DNA of 64,000 bases, taken from positions 57,982,108-58,046,107 of the forward strand of contig NC_068981.1 in the NCBI RefSeq assembly GCF_001194135.2. The letters are read 5' to 3'. The translations under genes were made by a program, and so were the position numbers. The first letter of the stretch is position 1. The number at the start of each line of letters is the position of its first letter. This DNA comes from Octopus bimaculoides (Eukaryota). Shown one piece after another: positions 1-64,000 of this stretch. The notes under the pieces were generated by a model. The model ran no database searches and was not told the DNA's origin. It saw nothing but the letters and a program-made list of their open reading frames with translations.

Positions 1-1236
1 TCATGCATCCAGTTACAAGCCGCTGAAAGACGAAAACTGCACGGAAAATATGTTAAAAAAAAAAAGAAGCTTCCAGGAATGTGTTTAATATGTAAATTTG
101 GTATATCCAATAACGTTGCACCGCTGTATGTGGTGACTATTTGGGCAATGATTTCGTAGATGATTGATAGGTTGGATGGATGCTGATGAAGGAGCAAAAA
201 CTCTCGCAGTGTGGAATATGCGCCCATTACACATTTTTTCATCTTCGATCTCATTGTTTGTTTACATCTTACGTCTCGGATACGAAACGTCATAACAAAG
301 TCAGTACTGGCTATAATTTCTAGAGAAAATCTGTAGAGATGACCTTAGCACGTGATTTAAGTGCACTGCTAACACAATGCTACCGGGCTGAATGAAAAAA
401 ACTATTGGGGTTGGTTTCATCGGCCAAAACCTTCAAGGCGTGCCCCTGGAGAACTGCAGTCTAATAACTGGAATAAGTGAAAAAAATGTATTCTAATGCA
501 TAGAACATGACACACAGGATTTGAGAAAAATTTAAAGATTGACTGAAATCGTTCAGAAAGACGTGCAAAGAAAAAAAAAATTGAAAGGATTTGTTTATCA
601 TTGAATGAAGTGTGTAAAATGAACTGAATCTTAGAGGTTAGATGACTTTAAGGACATGAAACGTGAATCTATCGTAGTCCTCTTCTTTCTTCCTCTCCTC
701 TATGTCCATGTTTTGTATATAACAGTCTATAAACTCCCATTATCATTCCGTCGAGGTCACAACTTTGCATTTCATTCATTCGGGGTCGATAAAATAAGTG
801 CCAGTCGATGTAATCGACTCGCCCCCTCCCCCAAATTTTCAGGCCTGGTCTTTTGCCTTTAGTAGAAATAATTGTAACGATACTTAGTATTCAAAACCCT
901 GATATTTCGGAAAGGTGATTTTGGCCTGCATTTCAGGCAATCGTACTTCAGGTGCATTCGTATGATCGCATGATTTGAATGGAAATTTCTACGCAGTATC
1001 CAGCCATATGGTCGTAAATATAAACGCGCGACACAAGCAGCGCAGAGGTCGGAGAAAAGACAGATGGATGCAAATGCTTCGTAGAGGATTCTTGGTTAGC
1101 CATACCACTCGACCTCTGATTAAAATGAATCACTTCGTCTTCCACGAACACAGAACTTTCTCGCTTCTCACTCAACACGAAAATATAACGATCTCACTTC
1201 TTGCCAACATAACATTCTCACCTCTAGCTAAAGAGA

Positions 1237-2450
1237 CATAGGGCCTTCCAGAAGTTTTGAGGCTTTTTTTAGGAGAGACAGTTTAACTGTCCTAGATTAT
1301 TATAGTTTTAACATATTACTACGCATCTATTAAGCCGACCTGCCAACTTTTTTTAAAATTCTAGTTTGAAGGAGACGGCTGTAACATCACTTTAAGCACA
1401 CTCTGCTAAACACTGCTTGTCAGTTGACTAGTTTTCAGAATGCAGTTGGGATGTGAAGACAATTTAGAAGCTCGCTTTGCAATAAGATTTTGTGATAAAC
1501 TGAGCAAAATCGCTACAGAAACTTTTGAAATGTACTAGATTGCTTATAGATTAACCTCTATGAGCCGAGCATCTGTTTTTTCGCCGGCACAAGAGGTTCA
1601 AGGACAGTAGAGATGAGGAGAGAGGTGTGGGAGGGAGAGGGATGTCAGACCATTGTAGCTGATTGAAAAAATTCGCATATTTCTAGATAAAGCCCTTCGT
1701 GTGTGTATAAAGACTATAAGCGTACAGTTTGGAGTTGGTATGCAACTGTACATAGAATTATTCATGAAGATCTGGACATGCGCAAAATTTATGCTAAATT
1801 TATTCCCAGGGTGCTCAGTGATGAACAGAAGACACGTTGGTGACAGTAGGGTGATGGTTGAACTCATTACCAGTAATCCAAGAGTATTTGAGTCTCTATG
1901 ACCTGTGACGAAAGTGGAATCTTCTGTTATGATCCAGAGACCAAGGGACAGTGTAATGGAAGCATCCCAGATCAAAGAAAGCCATGAAAAACAAGTTCAC
2001 CGGGAAGTTGATCATGACCTTCGCTCTTTTTTTGACAGTAAAGGCATCACCTACATCCACAGATGGCCAACAAAATTTCTGGAGGATTTAAACGATTTCA
2101 GGAAGAGATTTCGTCGCAAACAGCCAGAGCTCTTCCACTCGGGTCTGTGACACCTGCATTAGGACAATGCACCAGTCTTGATAACAAAATACTTAACAGA
2201 GATGGGTATTAAAACTGTCCCTCCCCCTCCCCACAATTTAGACCATTGCTCCCTGTGACCTTTGGTTATTCCCCAAATTCAAAGGCAGTCCTTTTGAAAA
2301 TATTGAGAAGAAGGACACCTTCGGGCTTCCTTGGGGGCTTTCATGAAGTGGCTGGAGCGCTACAAGTACAAAGAAGTCAGAGGATCCTACTTGAAGTTAA
2401 GAGTTTTGTATTTCTTTAAAAAAGTTTCAAACCTTCTGGAATGCATCTTG
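1237..2450 (+). mobile_element. Decayed mariner-family transposon (irritans-like)
   Basis: Imperfect TIRs (..GCCTTCCAGAAGTTTTGAGGC.. / ..GTTTCAAACCTTCTGGAATGC..TG then TA); broken transposase remnants (FAIRFCDKLSKIATETFEM; DNAP; APCDLWLFPKFK). Confidence 0.7.
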
Positions 2451-3029
2451 TACATACATAAACATACCTCTGGTATTTAGCATTACACCTTTTGGCAAGA
2501 AATCTTTGTAAAAAGTGATTCAACAGAAACTAAATATTGTGACTTGGTTTTATATGGGTGAAACAACACAGCCTGAACAAATATCCAGCACCCACCTAAT
2601 CAAGCTGCGAAATCATTATCATCATAATCCTCCTCGTTGTTATCAAATCTGAGAAATGTTTGTCAAGATGTAATTTGAAAATATTTTGAGATTGCTTGAA
2701 TTTGTTTTGTAACTGATTGCTTTTCAACATCGTTATTGTTTTTTTTTAAAGGCAAAGAGAACAAATCTTGAGATAACAAGTAACTTCGTGGGGGAAAAAA
2801 CCACTACAAAAATCTCAGATACTCGCTGTCTACTCATGTTTATCTCAACGGTATTTGTATATGGTGTCAATGATTTCATATGGTGCACCTTTCAGAGTAC
2901 CATAACGAGAAAATTTTGTTTTTTTTAAAATGTTCTGAGTTCTGATCCCCCAAGATTAACATTTACTTTTCACCTTTTCAGCCATTAGTATACTGGATCA
3001 ATTTCATTAATTATCTATGCTACTAAAGA

Positions 3030-3225
3030 TACAGGCAGTGAAATTTTGGTGGAGGGGTTAGTCGATTACATTGATTCCAGTGCTGAACTGGTCACTTATT
3101 TCATAGATCCCGAAAGGATAAAAGGCAAAATTCAACCGCGGTGAAATTTGAACTCCGAACGTAAAGACGAACGAAATGCGGCTAAGCATTTTGTTTGACG
3201 TGCTAGCTAGCGGTTCTGCTCGTTA
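3030..3225 (-). mobile_element. tRNA-headed SINE, same family as 19954-20166
   Basis: Reverse-complement similarity to the other copies. Confidence 0.75.
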
Positions 3226-3519
3226 CATATCAATTGCATTAATTAATCTCCTATTCGCAACGTAGTTTGTCTTCTGTGACATTAATACGAGGCTATTTTC
3301 ATTTCGAAGAAACTTTTTCATCGATATTCTGATCAAAAGTATTTTAAAAGTTTCTTTTTTATTTAAAAAATAAATGTATTCACTTTTAGCACTTGTGAAG
3401 AAATATTTTTAAAACAGTGATTTTAGAAGCATCTCTATTTAATCAGAGACAGCCGAAAAATAGCGATGTTTCATGTACAAAGACAGTTAAAATTCTTAGA
3501 CAATTTTTTCAGAAAGTGA

Positions 3520-5145
3520 AAATGATATTGCTGAAATACAGGATGGAATTTGAACTTTTAAAAAATTACCTTAAAACTAGGGGTTGTCTTATATACCCCT
3601 TATAAAATCTGAACATTCTAAAACAATCGCATAGATCCTATGGTTCCACAGCGCAGTATTTTCAACTAATACTTGCAGATATCGGTGGAGAACATCGTAA
3701 AACACTCACATAGATCCTGTGGTATTTTCTACTGATACTTACACATGTTTGGAAAGCTGGATTAATAGTAAAATTATATTAAAATAATAGCACTACAAAT
3801 TTAGCGGACAGACACCAGTTGCCATTTGCAACAGCTGACGGACAAAAAATGTAAACAATCAGCCTGTAAATATTTGATATAGTTGTAATAGAGACTTTAG
3901 TCTCTCTCTATCACCTTTCAACAGCATTATATATGAAGAGACATTAGAACAATTCAACAACATAATAAAAATAAGTTTTATTTTTTGATGATGCTTGGTT
4001 ATACAAATCCTGTGTCACTCAGCTTAAAAGCCGCTGATTAAGTTGTAGTTGGTATTGGAAAGTTAAGAGCTTCCTTGACGCCTGCCAGAGAAGCAAGTAG
4101 CTATCACCATCGAAGGCATCGTGGTGAAGAGTGCTTCTTGGAGGAGCAAGGTGTTGTCACGTCGAAGGTCTCAGGCTCAACTTGCTGAGAAAGTGAAACT
4201 CACTGTTTAAGTACGAGTTTTTTTACTACGCATGCGCAACTCGAGGGGCTTCCGGTGGTGAAGTCCCCTGCGCATGCGCAGAATAGTACTTCCTCAATGG
4301 TGGCTATAATTTCGCACCACTACACTGGTTTTAACCTGAAAGTGGTAGCATACGCCAAGTCCCACAGCAACCGAGCTGCTGCAAGAGAATACGGTGTAAC
4401 CGGGAAGATGGTAAGAATTTGGAGATTAAATGAAGACTTATGAAATAGTATACCCAGGACTAAATGTGCAGTGAGAGGAGGCACTGCACACTGGCCGATT
4501 CCAGAGAAGCATGTAACAGACCAGGTCCGTGAGCAGCGTCAAAATGGATACGTTGCTTCAAGACCAATAGTCTCGTGAGACAAAACAAAATTTACAAATA
4601 AAGAAAATACTAGCAGTGTACTTTACAACAATATTTCTAATATATTACAATATAATGTTTTACATACCGTAAGTAAATCCATTTCAAGTGAATGGTGTTA
4701 CGGTATACTTGACACTGTTCGTTCCTGTAAAATAACCGACGTCTAAGTGACGTCACTACGTTAATGCTTACACCAGCCAGGTACGTTCGATGTGTATTAT
4801 AGTAGGTAATTTATAATATTTGGCCACTTTTTGAAGAGAACTGGACAAATTTTAAACAACCAAGACTGCAGAATTGTTGCATACAAAGTTTACTGATTGA
4901 AACATAGTTAAAATGTTATTGAAACACAAGAAAAGCAGAGGCTGCAATTGTAACACAAGAAAAGCAGGGGCCGCTGGGGAAACTATAGCTCACCTAACCC
5001 CTTTAGCTATGAACATCACGCCTTCGGCACCCGAGCTATTTTCCACGATAACTTGGGTAAGTTTTATATAGCAGGTATAGCTCAAAACCCACTTTTTAAA
5101 TTGAAATCCTGGCAGTCGTCTTGCACACCCAGTCATTATATACGG
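3520..5145 (+). mobile_element. pogo/Tigger-type non-autonomous DNA transposon, copy 1
   Basis: Right end TATATACGG+TA; internal HTH remnant FNLKVVAYAKSHSNRAAAREYGVTGKMVRIWR (POGK/Brinker-like); inverted homolog at 16183-17727. Confidence 0.75.
4229..4280. promoter_or_regulatory. Hairpin/palindrome with two NRF1-type GCGCATGCGC-like motifs and an ETS-like CTTCCGG core
   Basis: CGCATGCGCA..AGGGGCTTC-loop-GAAGTCCCCT-GCGCATGCGCA, just upstream of the pogo HTH remnant. Confidence 0.4.
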
Positions 5146-5995
5146 TAATGAGTTCAATGGAAAACATTTGCAGATCTAAAATCGAAGGAAAAATGTTGGT
5201 TTGGATAATGTATATTTTGCAACATCTGCTTCTTCTTTCTTTTTTGTCATGTTTCTTTCCTTTATAAGAAGAAAACTTAACACAATTTCCTACACATATG
5301 GAAGATACTGTCAATGTCAGTTCCAGGAAACATTAGATTTGTTTTCTCCAACAAAAAGTCAGCATGCGAACTTATCCAAATTATAAATTAATAGAAATAG
5401 TAATTGTTAGCGTTAACAAAAATTAATTCAGCGCTAACAATAAGAATGTGAACTTAATTAATTCTGTCTCCTTGATGAGACTGTACCTCACTTTTTGTTT
5501 GGCGGTTTATCTCCAGGTCACCATTGCTCAAACAAACCTAGGTGCTAGTGCGAACTAGACTTGCGCCCATACCTATTATCAAAAAGCATTCCAACTTTGG
5601 AAAAGTATATTCGTTTAGACTACATTTTCTAATTTTTCTAAGACAATAAGGCGCGAATAGAGGAAGGTTTGATCGTTATTCCCAGCAGTCAAGCGCGTGC
5701 AAGGAATCCCTAGTTTGCTTTTCATTTCATTGGGATGATAAATAAATATTGTCGATGTTTCACTATCTGGTCATTTTCTGATTAACAATTTTATTTTTAC
5801 TTTTTAACGATGGTTTTTTTTTTCTTTGATGCTTGTTAAATTTAGACTACCTTCAAAGTTAGTGAGGGATATATGCCTGTTCAACTGTATATCATAAATA
5901 TAATTATCTCCACAGACGCAATTTAACGTACAGTTAAATAAAGAAGTATTTCGACACAAACTAACTTTTTGTCACTTTTCTGTAACACTTTCTAG

Positions 5996-60274
<54,279 letters not shown>

Positions 60275-60995
60275 TTAAATTACAAGGATTATATTTCCTC
60301 TATTTTATATGCATATTTACACTCTATATTAGCAAAAGAACGAGAAAGAATAATTGTGAGAAAAATATTTTATGGAAAATTATTAAAAGTTGTATAAAAA
60401 AAAAAAAAGAAAATATATATTTCATGTAACGTTTTTAAAAAGAATTTTGATAAAATTTATACGTATTCAGAAAAGTAATAAAATAATATTATAAAGTATC
60501 TTTATTTATTCATTTATTTAGTAAAGAAGATTGCTTGAAAAATTTCTTTGGCTTCTTTGACATTTTAATAAACCCAGTTTACTTTTAATAAAATTCTTTA
60601 AATTAGTCAAAAGATAAACAGGGGAAGTAATTTTGATAAAATTACGTCCCTCCAGCCACGAGAGAAATTTTTTTAGAAAAAATCCTGTTGTTTTATCCCA
60701 GCACAGAATCAATGATATTCAAAATGATGGAATAAGAGCCAGTGCTATTATAACGCTAAGTCTTCTGGTAAATCAACACCATTTAGTGCATTGCATGGTT
60801 GCTGTTAATGATATTAAAGATAAAATTTGTATTTGTTAAAAAGAAAAAATAAATAAAATAAGAATTGTTTTATACTTTTCACGACAATTTAAACATGTGA
60901 TATTTACAGTTCTATATTTAAGAGATGAGGAATTATGTACATTAATTTATCTTATTTACATTTGATGGATATTTGTCCTCATCTTGTTTGTTGTT

Positions 60996-61038
60996 AACAC
61001 GTTTCAGCTGATATACTCTCCAGCATTCATCAGGTGTC
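60996..61038 (-). ncRNA. Degenerate hammerhead ribozyme motif (inverted partner copy)
   Basis: GACAC-CUGAUGA-AUGCUG..CAGCU-GAAAC-GUGUU; 3-nt deletion at the cleavage site relative to the + copy. Confidence 0.45.
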
Positions 61039-61098
61039 TTGAGGAAATTTCGAACCTGGGTTCTCATTCCTAAGGTATTTTTTTTAATGTTGTTGTTG

Positions 61099-61133
<35 letters not shown>

Positions 61134-61357
61134 NNNNNNNNNNNNNNNNNNNNNNNNNNNNNNNNNNNNNNNNNNNNNNNNNNNNNNNNNNNNNNNNNNN
61201 NNNNNNNNNNNNNNNNNNNNNNNNNNNNNNNNNNNNNNNNNNNNNNNNNNNNNNNNNNNNNNNNNNNNNNNNNNNNNNNNNNNNNNNNNNNNNNNNNNNN
61301 NNNNNNNNNNNNNNNNNNNNNNNNNNNNNNNNNNNNNNNNNNNNNNNNNNNNNNNNN

Positions 61358-61391
<34 letters not shown>

Positions 61392-61451
61392 CAACAACAA
61401 CATTAAAAAAAATACCTTAGGAATGAGAACCCAGGTTCGAAATTTCCCCAA

Positions 61452-61497
61452 GACACCTGATGAAGGCTGGAAGGTATATCAGCCGAAACGTTGTGTT
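61452..61497 (+). ncRNA. Minimal type I hammerhead ribozyme motif (short stem III)
   Basis: GACAC-CUGAUGA-A-GGCUG(10-nt loop)CAGCC-GAAAC-GUU-GUGUU: core, stem II and stem I all pair; palindromic ACGU stem III. Confidence 0.7.
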
Positions 61498-63094
61498 AAC
61501 AACAAACAAGATGAGGACAAATATCCGTCAAATGTAAATAATGTGATATTTATTTTATAAAATTATCTTCTTCAAAGATACTGTGCAATGTTTGTAAGAA
61601 GAAATACATGTAAACAGAGTTCTACTATGTGTTTCTATAATTTCAAAGGAACTTCACTCTAATGTGAAGTTTTTGGCAATTCAGTGAGTTACATTGCAAA
61701 ATGATCACCCTACTTTTATTAAAATAGTGACAAGTTTAAGTTTTGAAACTATCAGTTTTAATCTAAACCAGAACAAGATAATTGCAGTGAAAATCCCATT
61801 TCAATCATGCTAAAAAATTCAATCTCTTAACAACTCCCACATTTAATGAAAGTAAATTCTTGAAATTTAAGACCCCGAGGAAACAGTTTCCAAATTTCAT
61901 GAAATTCAAGCCTAGTTTGTGCTTTACTTTGAAGACACAGATTTGCCTTTAGCAATACAAAATATAAAACTTCTGATTTTATTTATCTTTATAAACGAGA
62001 AATTGTTCATCATTGTAATCAATATCATCTTCAGCTATATTCTTTTCCTAGAACACTGCCTTCAGGTATTTTCAGTTATTCATAACAGCCCCAGTATTTA
62101 TTTCTGTTCAGTTCTTATTTTATTGATCTATTGGCTATATTACCATTTTAAACATTTTGGTTTTGTTTTATCTGGTGATGTTATTTAAGACACATTCTCT
62201 GACACATACAACAAGACGTTTCTGTCCAGTTTCCATCTACCAAATTCTATTGGCAAACTATTGATCAACCTGAAGCTATAGTTAAAGAGACTTGTCCAAT
62301 GTGCCTTGTAATGGGATTGAAGCCACAACCATGTAATTGTGAAGTAAACTTCTTTACCACACAGCCATACTTGCACCTATTACTTAGAGATATTCTTTAG
62401 ATATCAAATGAATATCAAATAAATGCAGTTGACAGCACCTGTTGTTATATCCTTGTTGTCATAGAGCTATGGCTGAATCTTCTTTACTCTTACCAAAAGA
62501 AATTTTGTAATAGATGCTGATTTGTCAAGAAGTGCTTGCTGAAAGATGAGAAGATTAAATAAATGAAATGACAATATTTGAATTAACTCCAGAAAAAAAA
62601 AGTACTTTTTGAAGGATAGATTAAATTATTTGTATAAAAATAGTGAAGAACACCATGAATTGTAATCTATATATAAACTTATAGTTAATCGTCAAGGTTA
62701 AATATATGTTTACTAAACACACACACAAGTATAATTTATCCACACATACACTGCCGTAAGACTGCCAGAGTATGTGCTGGTATGCAAATGAGTAAAATCT
62801 ACACATTATTCTTAGCATTATTTATAAGTAGCTTAAAATTGTTTCCTCTTTCTGTAGAATGGAACAGTTTAGGTACACTTTAATTTCATTTAAAGAACAG
62901 GTTAGAGACTCTTATTAAGTTGGCAAAAACCAGGCAAAACTAGTTGATCTGTTCTCCAGAAAGAACCATATAGTTTAACTGTACGTTCTAATCTGTTGTG
63001 AAGCTGAAAGCATGCAAATTTACTTACAATTTAAAATTATACTTGAATAAAGAAATATAAAAATATTAGAGACCTTACATGTAGGTGTCTCAAA

Positions 63095-63459
63095 TGTGGT
63101 GTATGCGTGCGAGTAGATGTAATCGCCTTACCTCGGTTTTCCTTTCATCGACTGCTAGTCTGTCTTGCGGTATCGATCCTCGAAGCTTGCCCCGAGCTGA
63201 AGAACTCTAAGAATAGCAGCTGCTTCTCCCAAACCTAGACCGTCGCTTAGCATGTCCTCTCCTGACCACGANNNNNNNNNNACTTTAAGAATAGCAGCTG
63301 CTTCTCCCAAACCTAGACCGTCGCTTAGCATGTCCTCTCCTGACCACGACCCCGTTCGAAAAGGGCACGAAATCCCGATCGAGGCTCCCTCTGCCCTTCT
63401 TCCTCTTCCGGTCAACTCGCCCTTCCGGTCAGCTCCCCAGTCACTGACGTCATACCACA
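63095..63459 (-). mobile_element. 3' LTR of a Gypsy retrotransposon
   Basis: TGTGGT...ACCACA terminal inverted hexamers; purine-rich AAGATCAGGGTGATG just 5' on the minus strand; lies right after the integrase stop. Confidence 0.8.
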
Positions 63460-63491
63460 CATCACCCTGATCTTAAAGATCATGTTCACCC

Positions 63492-64000
63492 CTACTCCAA
63501 TTCGAAGTCCGCCATCCAACCGGGCGGGCGCCTTACACGTCGAGATCTTCTCAAGCCAGGTGCCTCGTTTCCATCGCGCTCTTCATCCAACGAAGTGGCT
63601 ATCCTATGCAGGTCCAGCACGTGACGCGGCATTCCATCCACAGATACATTGTTTCTGGAATTGATCGCTGTCACTGTTCCCCTGCTCCATTGTGATGTGC
63701 AGGGTGCCTTCGGTGGCTTGACCCAAACTTCCTCTCCTACTTTCACGCCGGCGGGTCCCTTCTCTTCCTCGCAGAACTCCGGCGTCTTACTGGGATGCCT
63801 CCATTCATACTTGAACACTGCTCTGTGCGGCACAGACTCTTCCGCTTGTCCGGATCAGGGAGACATGTTATACCAGTAGACCGCTTCCAGGGGCAAAATG
63901 TGCCCCCTTTCAGCCATGGCCTTGATCGTCTGATGGTGCCTCTCAACGATTCTGTTGCCGCTCAGCCTATACGCCGCCCTAAATAATCGTTGCACCTTCC
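63492..64000 (-). mobile_element. Gypsy pol integrase core and C-terminus (continues beyond the window; one in-frame stop)
   Basis: AYRLSGNRIVERHHQTIKAMAER (catalytic E), EVWVKPP...WSRGTVTAINSRNNVSVDGMPRH, RRSRRVRRPPGWMADF. Confidence 0.88.

Larger units (their letters stand above)
60953..61545. repeat. Inverted pair of ~180-bp Penelope-type repeats flanking (TAT)n/(AAT)n and a gap
   Basis: 60953-61133 is the reverse complement of 61358-61545, with several substitutions. Confidence 0.85.

Noticed and set aside
181-215. CTGATGA followed by a short stem (hammerhead-like)
   Set aside because: The required GAAA after stem II is missing (CGCAG instead) and there is no stem I partner.
5730-5890. 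Candidate start exons (ATGTTTCACTATCTG/gtcatt; ACTACCTTCAAA/gttagt; ATGCCTGTTCAACT/gtatat)
   Set aside because: Donors are weak or the phase is incompatible with exon 5996; cannot choose without transcripts.
63209-63349. 62-bp direct duplication inside the LTR
   Set aside because: Identical copies on either side of a ~10-N gap; most likely overlapping contig ends (assembly artefact).

Overview
AT-rich, repeat-dense eukaryotic genomic DNA with scaffold gaps. The SINE/RTE/mariner landscape resembles Octopus (inference; no search run). Most of the window is one + strand gene that I reconstructed by hand: at least 19 coding exons from 5996 to 60274, 5,181 nt, at least 1,726 aa, with every intron phase compatible and no internal stop. 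The start codon and first exon are unresolved. Domain order: about 6 ankyrin repeats on phase-0 exons, a ~200-aa unassigned helical region, a Lys-rich helix, a ~900-aa low-complexity linker with an internal coding minisatellite, an IRE1/RNase L-type kinase-like domain and a C-terminal KEN (RNase) domain. This is the RNase L architecture (ANK-kinase-KEN), not the IRE1 one. Both enzyme modules look dead: the kinase has HRD->HGR and DFG->NYG, and the KEN domain has lost the Tyr, Arg and His of the Y/R/N/H set. The introns hold mariner, pogo, maT-like, RTE, CRE, R4/Dong-like and SINE remnants. Downstream of the stop are an inverted pair of Penelope-type repeats, each with a minimal hammerhead ribozyme motif, and the 3' end of a Gypsy LTR element.
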